Positions 1 through 10,648 of a stretch of DNA of 64,000 nt are shown in pieces. Position numbers and translations under genes: made by a program. The DNA lies in contig OZ245838.1 in the NCBI GenBank assembly GCA_965228735.1, positions 3,104,001-3,168,000 of the forward strand. Reading direction: 5' to 3'. The notes under the pieces are model-generated. The model saw only the letters and a program-made list of their open reading frames with translations. It was not told where the DNA came from and ran no database searches. Within the stretch, counting starts at the first letter, position 1; every line of letters begins with the position of its first letter. The stretch is from Planctomycetota bacterium. GTDB taxonomy: Bacteria; Planctomycetota; UBA1135; UBA2386.

Positions 1-209
1 ACGAACTCGCGCAGCCCGTGGCGTGACAGCACCGACTCGGCGAGCTGCCGCGGACACGTCGTCACGACTCCGATCGGCCAGCGCTCGGCGAGCGCGGCGA
101 GCACCTCCGGCACGACGAGCGCGGTCCGGGCGTAGATGTCCGCGAGCACGCCGTCGAGGTCGAAGATCAACGCCTCGGGCGCGGGCAGCGCGGACAGCGG
201 CGAGGTCAC
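1..209 (-). CDS. HAD-superfamily hydrolase, 5' part only (runs off the window; not in the ORF track)
   Basis: Manual translation from GTG at 209: MTSPLSALPAPEALIFDLDGVLADIYARTALVVPEVLAALAERWPIGVVTTCPR. HAD motif I (DLDG) is followed closely by motif II (VVTT). GTGA overlap with the upstream cytochrome stop. Confidence 0.8.
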   Translation of the reverse strand, partial: MTSPLSALPAPEALIFDLDGVLADIYARTALVVPEVLAALAERWPIGVVTTCPRQLAESVLSRHGLREF

Positions 210-2320
210 CGCTGTGACCCCAGGAACTGCCAGATCGCTTCGAACTGCTTCTGCGCGTCGCCGCCGAGAATCTCGGTGAACGCCGTCTTGCCGTTCTGAT
301 TGGCGTACTTCGGCATCCGCGCGTCAGGATCGATGCGCGGCGGATCCAACAGCCAGCGCGAGTAATACTCGTGGCGCAACCGCTTCCGCGCGAGATACAG
401 CTCGATGCCCTCGCGCTCGAAGACCTGCTCGGCCTTCTTGTCGCCGAGCGCGTGGCACTGCACGCAGCCGAAACCCGTACCCTGCATGAGCAACGCGCGG
501 CCGTGGATCGCCATCTGCGCATTCGGCGCGACCTGCGGTTCGTCACCCGCGCCGTAGCCGTGCTCGCGCACGAGCCCCGCGGTGATCGGCGCGCCGCGCA
601 ATTCGAACGCCGGCATGCGAGCGTGCAGCCATGGGCGCGGCGAGGGCAGCTTGCCCGTGACGAACTGCTCGATCCAGCTCGGCTGCAGCTTGCTGCCGAC
701 CCACGTCAGCGCGGGCACGCCCTGGGCGGCGGGATCCTGCTCGGGCGGCAACGGCTCGTCGAGTGCGAGCTCGTTGGCGACCTGGGCCCACGTCGACGGC
801 TGGTCGTCCAGCGCATGACACGCCGTGCAGCGCTGGACGGCGAGGTGCCGCTGGGCATAGTCGATCGGCGAGAGCCGGAACGGCGCGGTCTCCGCGTGCG
901 GCAGGAACGCGCGCAACGCCGCGATCTCGACCTTACCGAGCCGATGGTTCGGGGCATCGCCGCGCGCGGCCGGGGTGTCCGCGAGACAACCGCGCTTCAC
1001 CTTGAGGTTCTGCAGGTCGGGCGCGATCTCGTCGTCGATCGGAACGTCGAGTTCGTGGCACGCCGCGCACTGCTTGCGTTGCGCGATGCGCCGCCCCTTC
1101 GCCGCGTCGCCATCGACGACGGGCAATGCGACGGACTGCCCCTTCGGAGTCGCGATGAGCAGGTAGGCCGTCAGCTCGATCGCCTCGTCGCGCGACAGCT
1201 TCATGTCCGGCATCCGAACGTGCGGATAGAACTGCTGCGGATCCTGCAGGTAGGCCACGAGCGCCGCGGCGTGCCACTTCTGCCGCACGTGGTGCAGCGG
1301 CAACCGGTCGCCGAGATTGCTCTCGTCGGGCGCGCGATCCGGCGGCACATGACACGCGATGCAGCCGAGCTGCAGGAAGCGGTCCTTGCCCGCGCCGGCC
1401 TTGCCCGCCGGCGGGTCGAACGCGAGCGGCGCGCCAAGGCTCGCGAGCCAAGTCGCGACGTCGGCCGCATCCTCCGTCGTGAGGGCGAATCCCGGCATGC
1501 GCGCGTCGTGCCGGAACGCGGTCGGATCCAAGAGCCACGCCGCCATCCAGTCGCGCCGAAGGCGCGAACCGACGGTGCGCAGGTCGGGCCCGCCCGCGCT
1601 CAGCTCGCCGTAGGCCGACTCACCGTAGCCGCGCTGATCGAACTGATGGCAGCGCGCGCAGCGCCGCTCGCCGAACAGCTGCTGCCCGAGACGACGTTCC
1701 TCGCCCTTCGCGATATCGGCGTCGTCGGCCGGCCACGACAGCAGCTGCGGCTGGATCGGCTCGAACCCGCAGTCGGGCGGCGCCCAGAACAGGCGCAGCT
1801 CGCCGTCGCCGAACGCCGAGCTCTCGAACGTCAACCGCAGGTCGTTCTCGCCCTTGCCGAGCCGGACGGACTTCTCGGTCTCGAGCGGCTGACCGGCGCG
1901 CAGTCCGCCCTCGAGCACGACCTTGTCCTTGATCTCGAGCTTGACCTTGCCGCGCCCGACGATGCGGAAGCGGTAACGGTCGCGCGACGGCACCGTGACC
2001 TTCGCCTCGAACGTCGCGCGGAAGTAGCCGGGTTCGAGGAACGGCGACGGCACCTCGCCGCGCTCGACCGCGAGCGACAGCAGCCGCGCGCGCTGACTCT
2101 GCACCTGGGGCTCACGCCCCCGTGGCAGCACCCGCTCGAACGTCACCTTCGCGCCGCGCACGTTGCCGCCCTGCGGCGCCCGCCCGACGCCCGGCTCGAC
2201 GTGCCGCTCGACGTGCCGCTCGGCGTGCCGATCGGCGACGGCCGCGCCGCCGCCGATCGCAGTGCAGACGACCGTCGCGGCCGCCCACGCGAGAACGATC
2301 CAACCGATCCGCGCCTGCAT
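206..2320 (-). CDS. Secreted multiheme c-type cytochrome with an N-terminal PA14-like domain
   Basis: Signal peptide; five CxxCH motifs (CARCH, CIACH, CAACH, CTACH, CVQCH), four of them followed downstream by an RMP motif (likely distal Met ligand); PA14-like strands (YRFRIVGRG...LRLFWA). Confidence 0.85.
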   Translation of the reverse strand: MQARIGWIVLAWAAATVVCTAIGGGAAVADRHAERHVERHVEPGVGRAPQGGNVRGAKVTFERVLPRGREPQVQSQRARLLSLAVERGEVPSPFLEPGYFRATFEAKVTVPSRDRYRFRIVGRGKVKLEIKDKVVLEGGLRAGQPLETEKSVRLGKGENDLRLTFESSAFGDGELRLFWAPPDCGFEPIQPQLLSWPADDADIAKGEERRLGQQLFGERRCARCHQFDQRGYGESAYGELSAGGPDLRTVGSRLRRDWMAAWLLDPTAFRHDARMPGFALTTEDAADVATWLASLGAPLAFDPPAGKAGAGKDRFLQLGCIACHVPPDRAPDESNLGDRLPLHHVRQKWHAAALVAYLQDPQQFYPHVRMPDMKLSRDEAIELTAYLLIATPKGQSVALPVVDGDAAKGRRIAQRKQCAACHELDVPIDDEIAPDLQNLKVKRGCLADTPAARGDAPNHRLGKVEIAALRAFLPHAETAPFRLSPIDYAQRHLAVQRCTACHALDDQPSTWAQVANELALDEPLPPEQDPAAQGVPALTWVGSKLQPSWIEQFVTGKLPSPRPWLHARMPAFELRGAPITAGLVREHGYGAGDEPQVAPNAQMAIHGRALLMQGTGFGCVQCHALGDKKAEQVFEREGIELYLARKRLRHEYYSRWLLDPPRIDPDARMPKYANQNGKTAFTEILGGDAQKQFEAIWQFLGSQR

Positions 2321-5274
2321 CAGAAGCCCGGGTTCTTGCGCAGTTCGTGGATGGTGTTGTGCAGCTCGCCCTTGAGCTGCTCACCCGCGGCCGTGTCGAC
2401 GTTCCAGTTGATGCGCATCTGGTGCACGGGCTTCATGCCCTCGATCGCGAGGAAGACCGTCTTCTGGTCCGGCCCGACCTTCGCGCTCGTGATCTTCAGC
2501 GGGTCACGGTTCTTCTTGCCGCGTTCGACCTCGCGCCCGGGTTCGAGCACCGACAGCTCGGGCGAGCCGTAGGCCTGCGAGTAACGGTAGTTCCAGACCT
2601 CGACGCCGTAGCTCTCCGGGTCCTCCGCATACTCGAGATCGAGCGCCTGTGGGAACGTCACGTAAACGCCCTCGTCGCACGTCACGAGCTTCGTCGGGAT
2701 GTCGAGCGGCGCGTCCACACGGCGCACGCGATGGAACCCACCCTCGCGCGCGGCGCTCGTCTGCCAGCCCTTGAGTCCGATGACGTAGAGCTGACCGTCG
2801 TGCGGCGAGAAGCGCGGCCGCATGCAACTCGACGAGAAGTCGACGGGCAGCCGCACGACGCCGCCCTGCACCGGCCCTTCATGGTTGCGCGGCCACTCGG
2901 GCATCACGAGGTAGACGGAGCACGTGCCGTAGGAACAGTGCAGGACCGACCCCTGCAGATCGCCCCACTCTTCCGACGTGACGAGCACCTGGCCGCCGCT
3001 GCTGTTGTCGACCTCCATCGGCATCCAGCACAAGGGCAGGTCCGGGCGATCGGGCACCGGCGTGCGATGCGCGCAGTCCTTGACGCCGGCGTAGAAGCCC
3101 GGCTCGTAGAACCAGTTGAGCCGGCACCGCGGCATGTAGGTGCCCTCGTTGTCGCCCGAGGTGAACACCGTGCCGTGCGCACCCTCGTGGACACCGATGC
3201 CGTTGGGCGCGCGCATGCCCGTCGCGATCGGTTCGATCGTCGCGCCGTCCTTGCTGACCTTGAGGATCGTGCCGTGGTGCGGCGCGATGCGCTGGAAGCC
3301 GCGGCCGCCCGGGTTCACCGGCGCCCCCTTGCTGAGATAGAAGTTGCCGGCCTTGTCGGTCTGCAGGTCGAACGCGAACTCGTGGAACGCGTGCGTCACG
3401 TAGACCTGATTGTTGAAGCACTCGTACCAGTCGGCCTCGCCGTTCTTGTCCGTATCGTGCAGTCGCGTGATGCCGTCGCGCCCGTGCACGTGGATCACGC
3501 CGCCGACGACCTTGAGACCGAGCGGGTCATAGAGCCCGGTCGCGAACCGCGTCCAGCGCAGCTCGTCGAGGTCCTCGTCGATGCCTTCGACGATCCAGAC
3601 GTCGCCGTTCCAGGTCGAGACCGCCGCACTCGTCTCGCCGACGAAGTCGAACGCCCCGGTCCGCATGCGCGAGCCGAACCGGTTCTCGAACGGAATCGTG
3701 ATCGTGTCGACCGCGAAGCCGCCCTCCGCGTCGCCACGCGTGCCCTTGGTCGTGATCGCATCGCCCCACTGGCGCGGCGCCGGCCGCCGCGGCAGCGGCG
3801 CGACGGCATCGTCCTCGAACACCTTGCCGAGCGCCTCGATGGCCTTGTCGTCGCCGGCCGCCATCCGCAGCTGCAGCCGCATCGGCTCGGCATGCGCCGG
3901 CACCTTGACGAGGATGCGGTTGGTCTCGACGACGAACTCCGCCGGATCGCCGTGCATCGTCGCCATCAGGTTCTGCCGGCTGCGCCCAACCGCGTCGACC
4001 GCGGCGCGGAACGAGTCGGCGAAGACATCGATCTCCGAGAAGAACGTGCCGCCGTTCTCCACGTGCAGCAGCAGGTGACGGAACGTGCCGAGGCCGTCCT
4101 TCTGGCTCGAGCTCGCTGCGTGCTTGTCACCGGGCCCGAGCTCCGAACTGTCGACCTTGGCGATGCGGGTCCAGCCGGCCTTCTCGGGGTCCTTGGCCTC
4201 GACGTCGGGCGCGGTCGCGGCGGCGCTGCCGTAGATCGTGTAGCGCTGGGTCGCGCGATTGCCCTTGTGCCACGAGTAGGTGCTGATGCGTGACACGGGC
4301 ACCGACTTCTGCAGATCGATGTGCAGGCGACCGCGATCGGAGCGACGCTTGCCGACCTGGTGCTTGTCGAACCAGCAGCTGCCGGCCCAGTCGTCGTCGT
4401 TCTTGCTCGCAACACCGTCCATCAGCGCAGCGACGCCGCCGCCCTTGCCGTTGACCGGCGCGAACTCGCCGCCGACCCGCGTGATCACGGCGCCCGTGCC
4501 GCTGCTGCTGTCGAGGTAGTCGCCAGCGCTCGGGCCTCCCATCGAAAGATCGGACCAATCGACGGTCGTGCCGTCGAGCTCGACGAGGCCATCGACCTCG
4601 GGCACCCATTGCAGCATCGCGACACGCTGCGGCGCGTTCATCTCCATCCGGCCGGCGAGCGCCCCGGCGGGCCCGTCGGCGACGACGAGGATCTGCTCCG
4701 ACTTCGACGGTCCGAGCTCGAGCGTGCGCGTCACGACCCCACCGGGCAGGTAGCCGTAGCCCTCGCGAACCTGCATGTCGTCGACGCGGTAGCCGACGAC
4801 GACCTGACCCTCCTTGAGCCACAGGCCTTCGTACTGCCCCCAGTCGCGCGGCAGCGGCCCGTCTTCGATCGAGCGCGGATCGTCGAGGTCGCCGCGGTGA
4901 GCCCAACCGGGACCGAGCGCCGTCTCCGTGACCTTGCGGCCGCGCAACGCGCACATCGGACCGTGCGCCCCGTCGTAGGCCGTGCCGCGCAGTCGCAGCC
5001 AGCCGTCCGTCCACGCCGCCGAGAGTCGCAGCAGCTCGGTGTCGAACGCGACCGCCCCGACCGGCTTGCCATCGTCCCCCGGCAACTTGACCACGACGCC
5101 CTTGATCGTGTTCCCGCTGCGACCGCCGCCTTCGAACGTGGTCATCAGGTACGGGCCATGATCCATCGAGTACGGCCAGTCCTTCTTCGGGGTGGCCGGG
5201 GCCTGGGCCACCAGGGAGGAGAAGCCGATCTCGACGGCAGCGAACAGAACGAGTGGGGTCGCGAGTCTGCGCAT
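2320..5274 (-). CDS. Secreted DUF6797-type protein with an inserted discoidin/F5-8-like module and a C-terminal sorbosone-dehydrogenase-like beta-propeller
   Basis: Signal peptide; MDHGPYL...FDTELLR start; FATGLYDPLGL, HEFAFDLQTD, ATGMRAPNG, DNEG and RPRFSPHDGQLYV propeller motifs. TGATG coupling to the cytochrome gene. Confidence 0.7.
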   Translation of the reverse strand: MRRLATPLVLFAAVEIGFSSLVAQAPATPKKDWPYSMDHGPYLMTTFEGGGRSGNTIKGVVVKLPGDDGKPVGAVAFDTELLRLSAAWTDGWLRLRGTAYDGAHGPMCALRGRKVTETALGPGWAHRGDLDDPRSIEDGPLPRDWGQYEGLWLKEGQVVVGYRVDDMQVREGYGYLPGGVVTRTLELGPSKSEQILVVADGPAGALAGRMEMNAPQRVAMLQWVPEVDGLVELDGTTVDWSDLSMGGPSAGDYLDSSSGTGAVITRVGGEFAPVNGKGGGVAALMDGVASKNDDDWAGSCWFDKHQVGKRRSDRGRLHIDLQKSVPVSRISTYSWHKGNRATQRYTIYGSAAATAPDVEAKDPEKAGWTRIAKVDSSELGPGDKHAASSSQKDGLGTFRHLLLHVENGGTFFSEIDVFADSFRAAVDAVGRSRQNLMATMHGDPAEFVVETNRILVKVPAHAEPMRLQLRMAAGDDKAIEALGKVFEDDAVAPLPRRPAPRQWGDAITTKGTRGDAEGGFAVDTITIPFENRFGSRMRTGAFDFVGETSAAVSTWNGDVWIVEGIDEDLDELRWTRFATGLYDPLGLKVVGGVIHVHGRDGITRLHDTDKNGEADWYECFNNQVYVTHAFHEFAFDLQTDKAGNFYLSKGAPVNPGGRGFQRIAPHHGTILKVSKDGATIEPIATGMRAPNGIGVHEGAHGTVFTSGDNEGTYMPRCRLNWFYEPGFYAGVKDCAHRTPVPDRPDLPLCWMPMEVDNSSGGQVLVTSEEWGDLQGSVLHCSYGTCSVYLVMPEWPRNHEGPVQGGVVRLPVDFSSSCMRPRFSPHDGQLYVIGLKGWQTSAAREGGFHRVRRVDAPLDIPTKLVTCDEGVYVTFPQALDLEYAEDPESYGVEVWNYRYSQAYGSPELSVLEPGREVERGKKNRDPLKITSAKVGPDQKTVFLAIEGMKPVHQMRINWNVDTAAGEQLKGELHNTIHELRKNPGF

Positions 5275-5458
5275 GATGAGCGGGCGGATCTTACGGGTCG
5301 CGGGCGAGGAGACGAGTCACGTTCCCGAGCGCACGGTGGCACCGCGCGTTCCGCGCCGGCCCGCCGAAATGGCAAGGGCTCGCGGACCCTGTGCCGATAG
5401 GCCCGAACGGAGAGGGCGGACAGCCGCCAGATCTCGTTCTGCCTGCACGCCGCCCGCG

Positions 5459-7549
5459 ATGACCGCCGCCCGACCGCCAATTGACGAAGCCGCCCGGCTC
5501 GCCACCTTGCATCGGTACGGCGTCCTCGACACCCCGGCCGAGCAGGAATACGACGACATCGCGCAGCTCGCGGCACAGATCTGTGACACCGCGATCGGTC
5601 TCGTCAGCCTGACGGACATCGACCGGCAGTGGATGAAGGCGACGTTCGGGTTCGAGTTGCCCGAGATCCCGCGCGATGGGTCGTTCTGCGATCACGCGAT
5701 CCGACAGCGGGAGCCGGATGTGCTCGTCGTCGAGGACGCGGCGAACGATCCGCGTTTCGCCGCTTCGGCTGCCGTCACCGAGATCGGCCTGCGATTCTAC
5801 GTCGGCGCCCCGATCGTCGCGCCGAACGGCCACGTGCTCGGCACGGTCTGCGTCCTCGATCGGCAGCCGCGGACGGCCACGAGCGCGCAGGTCGCCGGGC
5901 TCACGGCGCTCAGCCGCCAGGTCGTCGCGCTGCTCGAACTGCGCCAGCAGCTGCGCACGCGCGACCAGCTCAACGCCTCGCTGCACGAGACTTCGGAGCT
6001 GCTGCTCGAATCCCAGAGCCTCGCGCGCGTCGGTGGTTGGAGCCTCGACATCGCGACGCACGAGCTCGAGTGGACCGACGAGACGTATCGCATCCACGAC
6101 GCGACTCCCCGCTCGTTCGTGCCGACGGTCGAACAGGCGATCGGCTTCTACGTCCCGTCCTACGTCCCGGTGATCGAGGCCGCGGTGAAGAACGCGATCG
6201 CGTCGGCGCAACCGTTCGATCACGAACTCGAACTCATCACGACGATAGGACGTCGAATCTGGGTCCGCGCGACGGGGCGCCCGCTCGTCGAGAACGGCCA
6301 GGTCACGCGCGTGGTCGGCGCGTTCCAGGACATCACGGCCGTCCGCACGGCGGCCGCCGAGCTGCTCGAGGCGAAGGAAGCAGCGGAGGCAGCCAACGAG
6401 GCCAAGGGCCGCTTCCTCGCGACGATGAGCCACGAGATCCGCACGCCGATGAACGCGGTGATCGGCTACACCAACCTGCTCGAGTCGACCCCGCTGGACG
6501 AGACGCAGCGCGAGTATCTGCGCATCATCGAACGGTCCGGCCAGGCGCTCATGGCGCTGATCAACGACGTGCTCGACTACGCGCAGATCGAAGCCGATCG
6601 CGTGGAGATCGAGGCCATCGACTTCGACCTGCACGAGTCCGTCAACGACATCGCGCGCATGCTGGCGCCGACGGCGATCGAGAAGCGCATCGAACTGCGC
6701 GCCGTCGTGAGCAACGGCCTGCCACGGTTCGTCAATGGCGACATCACGCGCCTCGGCCAGGTTCTGCTCAACCTCATCAACAACGCCGTCAAGTTCACCG
6801 AACGTGGCAGCGTGACGCTGGCCGCCCAGCCGGTCGCCGACGCCGACGACCGGATTCGCTTCGAGGTCCGCGACACGGGCATCGGGATCGCGCAGGATCG
6901 GATCGGCCAGCTGTTCGAGGAGTTCACCCAGGCCGACGCCTCGACCCGGCGGCGATTCGGCGGCACCGGGCTCGGGCTCGCGATCTCGCGCCGCATCGTC
7001 GAGCTCATGGGCGGCGAGATCGGCGCATCGAGCACGGTCGGCCGGGGATCGACGTTCTGGTTCACGGTGCCGCTCCCGGCCAGCAAGTCGGCGGCGACCG
7101 CAGAGGACCCGCAAGGCGCCTCGAACGAGACCGACCCCGCGGTCGAGTCCACCGCTGGCCGCCGCCACGTGCTGCTCGCCGAGGACAACCCGATCAATCA
7201 GCGGCTCGCGCGCGAGTTCCTCACCGCGATGGGATGCGACGTCACGGTCGTCGACGACGGCGCGCAGGCCGTCGAGGCGGTGTCGCAGACCGACTACTCG
7301 CTCGTGCTCATGGACTGCCTGATGCCGGAGATGGACGGCTTCGAGGCGACGCGCTTGATCCGCGAGCTCGAGCGGAAAGGTGCGCGCCCAGCGACGCCGA
7401 TCGTCGCGCTGACGGCCAACGCGCAGCCCGGTGACCGCGAACGCTGCCGCGAGGCCGGCATGGACGACCACCTCGGCAAGCCGTTCCGGCGCTCGGATCT
7501 GGAGCACGTCATCGCGACGTGGAGCCGCGTCGTCGCGGCGGTCGACTGA
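5459..7549 (+). CDS. Cytoplasmic hybrid sensor histidine kinase (GAF-PAS-HisKA-HATPase-REC)
   Basis: [19 protein letters not shown] start; [17 protein letters not shown]-box; N, G1 and G2 boxes (NAVKFT, DTGIG, GGTGLGL); receiver AEDN...[10 protein letters not shown]. Start placed at ATG 5459. Confidence 0.92.
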   Translation: MTAARPPIDEAARLATLHRYGVLDTPAEQEYDDIAQLAAQICDTAIGLVSLTDIDRQWMKATFGFELPEIPRDGSFCDHAIRQREPDVLVVEDAANDPRFAASAAVTEIGLRFYVGAPIVAPNGHVLGTVCVLDRQPRTATSAQVAGLTALSRQVVALLELRQQLRTRDQLNASLHETSELLLESQSLARVGGWSLDIATHELEWTDETYRIHDATPRSFVPTVEQAIGFYVPSYVPVIEAAVKNAIASAQPFDHELELITTIGRRIWVRATGRPLVENGQVTRVVGAFQDITAVRTAAAELLEAKEAAEAANEAKGRFLATMSHEIRTPMNAVIGYTNLLESTPLDETQREYLRIIERSGQALMALINDVLDYAQIEADRVEIEAIDFDLHESVNDIARMLAPTAIEKRIELRAVVSNGLPRFVNGDITRLGQVLLNLINNAVKFTERGSVTLAAQPVADADDRIRFEVRDTGIGIAQDRIGQLFEEFTQADASTRRRFGGTGLGLAISRRIVELMGGEIGASSTVGRGSTFWFTVPLPASKSAATAEDPQGASNETDPAVESTAGRRHVLLAEDNPINQRLAREFLTAMGCDVTVVDDGAQAVEAVSQTDYSLVLMDCLMPEMDGFEATRLIRELERKGARPATPIVALTANAQPGDRERCREAGMDDHLGKPFRRSDLEHVIATWSRVVAAVD

Positions 7550-7561
7550 CCGATCTCCGCG

Positions 7562-8203
7562 TTACTTCGCCGCGGACTCGTCGACCTTCTTCACGCCGGC
7601 GGTCACACAGAACCGCAGCGCGTCCTCGACCGTCATGTCGATCCCGCGCACGCGGTCCTCGTCGACGATGACCGTGAAACCGCCGAGCTGGTAACTCATC
7701 GGCAGGTAGACCGCGACCTTGCCATCGCCGATCCCCGCCATGTCGGAGAAGTCGTCGCGCGTGACGAACCCGATCTGTTCGAAGCTGTCCTCGATCTGCA
7801 CGAGCACCACGTGGCGGAACGGCCGCTCGTCCTCGCCGCTGCCGAAGATCCGCACGATGTCGACGATCATCCCGTAGACCGACTTCACGACCGGGATGCG
7901 CTCGAGCATGTGGGTCAGCTGGCGATACAGCGTCCGCGCCACGAACGAGTACATCAGCAGGCCGATCGCGAGGATCAGCAGGATCGACAGACCGAACCCC
8001 ATGCCAGGGCGATACCACCCCCGGGTCACCGTGCCGTCCTCGGCGACCGCACCGTCGACCCAGGCATCGTCGAACAGCAGCAGGAGCAGCTCGTGCAGCA
8101 TGGTCTCGCCGGCGGTCACGGCCCACCAGACGGCCGCGACCGTGAGCGCGACGGGCAGCACCGCCGCGAGCCCGCGGAAGAACAGCTTGGCCAGGAACTT
8201 CAT
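7562..8203 (-). CDS. DUF502 family membrane protein
   Basis: Two TM helices; [27 protein letters not shown] and [15 protein letters not shown] motifs. Confidence 0.85.
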   Translation of the reverse strand: MKFLAKLFFRGLAAVLPVALTVAAVWWAVTAGETMLHELLLLLFDDAWVDGAVAEDGTVTRGWYRPGMGFGLSILLILAIGLLMYSFVARTLYRQLTHMLERIPVVKSVYGMIVDIVRIFGSGEDERPFRHVVLVQIEDSFEQIGFVTRDDFSDMAGIGDGKVAVYLPMSYQLGGFTVIVDEDRVRGIDMTVEDALRFCVTAGVKKVDESAAK

Positions 8204-8499
8204 CGCAGCATCGTGCCCCACGGCAGACCGAAATGCGCTCCCCACCTGGTGTTCTGTCGACCCCACCGCGCCGTCGCGGGGTGTTCCGACCGCGAAACAG
8301 GCTCGGCCGGACCGGTGTCCCGGCCGCGGGACAGGTCATTTCGCTGACTGTCGGGCGGACTTCCCCGAACCGCCGGAGAACGCCATAAACCCCTGTAAAA
8401 CCGCCACTCCACGCCCCATTCCGACACGGTATCCTTGTTGCTGATGGTACGGCTCGACGCGTCCGCTCCCGGACCCGTCCTCCACGACCAACGACGCCT

Positions 8500-10512
8500 A
8501 TGAACCTCTGCCGCATCGTCCTGGCCCTCCTGCCCGCGCTGTTCCTGCTCGCGGAGCCGATCGAAGCCCAGCGCGGCCGCTCGTCGTCGCCGCGGGCCTC
8601 GAGCCCGCGTTCGAGTCCGCGAGTCAGCTCGCCGCGAGTCAGCTCGCCGCGCGTGAGCACGCCGCGCAGCGCCCCGCGGGCCAGTTCCCCGCGCAGCATC
8701 CGCTCGACGCCGCGCACCAGTTCGCCGCGGTCGACGCCGCGCGCGAGCACCCGCCAGGCGACGCCGCGGACGTATACGCCGCGCGCTACCCGCAACTCGT
8801 CGCCGCGGTCCTACACCCCGCCGACCCGAACCAACTCGAACCCGCGGTCGGTCTCACCGCGGTCGAGCGTCCGCTCGACGCCGCGCAGTTATCCGGGGCG
8901 CTCGACAACGCGCAATTCGAACCCGCGCAGTTCGTCGTCGACGACGACTCGTACTCCGACGTACCCGCGCGGTCGCAGTTCGGCGCGCACGTCGGACGGC
9001 AACACGAGCCGGAACGTGACGCCACGTTCGACGGCCCGCCCGATCGGCGGCTCGGTGCGCAGCATCGGCGGCTCGTCGACGCGCAAGTACGAGGTCCGCT
9101 CCAACCCGCGTTCGACCGCGCGCCCCGCGCCGTCGACCACGCGAACGCGCGGCTCGACCCGTTCGACGGCCCGGCCGACGACGCGTGAGCTGTACGACCG
9201 CGCCGGCCGGCGCGCGGCGCCGACCCGCAGCACGACCCGCTACCGCCCGGGCGACGTCACGCCGCGCAGCACGAACACGCGGGGCTCCCGCGGCACCGTC
9301 TCCTCGCGACCGATCAGCACGCCGCGTGGCCGCGGGTCGACGACGCCGTCGCGCACGACGCGCTACAACCCGGCGCGCTCGGCCCCGCGCGGCAACACTC
9401 GCGTGCGGACGACCTCGCCGGGCACCGTCTCGCCGATCCGCTCTCGGGGCGGCAGCGCGGCGGTGCGCGCCAACCCGCGCCCCAATGTAGCCAGCAACTC
9501 GCTCGTGCGCAGCAGCGGCCGCATCAGCGCCTCGCCGCGCCTCAACCCACGGGTCGCGAACGGCCGCACGCGCATCGGCACCCGCGTCACCTCGCGACTC
9601 TACGGCAACGGCCGCTTCGGCTTCGGAGCGCCGGGTTTCGGCGGTCGCGGTTTCGGTGCCGTCGCGAGTTCGTGGTGGGATCCGTGCTTCACCTCGTACT
9701 GGCCGTCGAACTGCTGGAATTGGGGCTTCGGCCGCGGCTGCTACGGCTTCGGCGGCTCGCTGTGGTACCCGTTCTACTGGGGCACGTCGTGGCGCTGGAA
9801 CGGCTTCTACGACAACTGCTGGTGGAACAGCTGGAGTCAGCCCGCGTGGGGCGGCTACTGGTGGTACCCGCAGTCGACCTACTGCCCGACCTACCTCTAC
9901 GTGCCGAGCACGTCGGCCATCTACATCGAGGACGGCTACGAGGGCATCCCGGCGGACCCCGCCGCGGAGGACCTGCCGCCGGTCGCCGCGGACCCGGCGC
10001 CGGCAGCGGCCGACGAGACGCCGGACCTCGCCGCGAAGTACGTCGAGCTCGGTGACTTCTACTTCCGCGCCGGCCGCTTCACCGAAGCGGCGGACGCCTA
10101 CGCCCGGGCCCGCTCCTACGCGCCCGACGACGCGCCGCTGCACTTCGTGCTGGCGGACGCGGCGTTCGCGACCGGCGACTATCACTTCGCGGCGTTCCTG
10201 ATCGCCGAGGGCCTGCGCCTCGACCCGGCGCTCGCCGACGTGAAAGTCGACAAGCGTGAGTTCTACGGCGTCCCGAAGCTGTTCGACGAGCACATGGCCG
10301 CGCTGGACAAGTACCTCGCGGACAAGAAATACGACGCGTCGGCGCACCTCGTGCGCGGCTACAACCTCGCGTTCTCCGGCCGCCCGATGGCCGCGATCGC
10401 GGCGTTCGAGCGCGTGCTCGAGATCGCGCCGGACCACCGCGCCGCGCGCCGCTTCCTCGAGGCCCTCGCGCCGAAGAAAGGCGCGGACGAGGCCAAGCCC
10501 AGCGAGCGCTGA
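8500..10512 (+). CDS. Secreted protein with an R/S/T/P low-complexity region, a W/Y/G-rich segment and C-terminal TPRs
   Basis: Signal peptide; many S/T-P-R repeats; TPR-like helices (LGDFYFRAGRFTEAADAYARA, AAFERVLEIAPD). Confidence 0.8.
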   Translation: MNLCRIVLALLPALFLLAEPIEAQRGRSSSPRASSPRSSPRVSSPRVSSPRVSTPRSAPRASSPRSIRSTPRTSSPRSTPRASTRQATPRTYTPRATRNSSPRSYTPPTRTNSNPRSVSPRSSVRSTPRSYPGRSTTRNSNPRSSSSTTTRTPTYPRGRSSARTSDGNTSRNVTPRSTARPIGGSVRSIGGSSTRKYEVRSNPRSTARPAPSTTRTRGSTRSTARPTTRELYDRAGRRAAPTRSTTRYRPGDVTPRSTNTRGSRGTVSSRPISTPRGRGSTTPSRTTRYNPARSAPRGNTRVRTTSPGTVSPIRSRGGSAAVRANPRPNVASNSLVRSSGRISASPRLNPRVANGRTRIGTRVTSRLYGNGRFGFGAPGFGGRGFGAVASSWWDPCFTSYWPSNCWNWGFGRGCYGFGGSLWYPFYWGTSWRWNGFYDNCWWNSWSQPAWGGYWWYPQSTYCPTYLYVPSTSAIYIEDGYEGIPADPAAEDLPPVAADPAPAAADETPDLAAKYVELGDFYFRAGRFTEAADAYARARSYAPDDAPLHFVLADAAFATGDYHFAAFLIAEGLRLDPALADVKVDKREFYGVPKLFDEHMAALDKYLADKKYDASAHLVRGYNLAFSGRPMAAIAAFERVLEIAPDHRAARRFLEALAPKKGADEAKPSER

Positions 10513-10648
10513 AGACCGCGCGCTGAGGCCGTGCGCGGAGGCGTGCGCCGCGAACGGGCCGGGGGCAGCCGCCCATTGGGCCCGTTCGCCAGCTGCGACC
10601 GAAAGCACAGGTCGCGTCAGAGGCCCGGGCACGCTACTGTGCCGCGCG

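Noticed and set aside
2194..2229. 12-bp triple repeat encoding HAER-HVER-HVEP in the cytochrome N-terminus
   Set aside because: Short slippage repeat in a linker; no evidence of function.
5370..5384. TGGCAAGGGCTCGC as a second sigma54 promoter
   Set aside because: GG-to-GC spacing is 9 nt rather than the required 10, and there is no TTGC.
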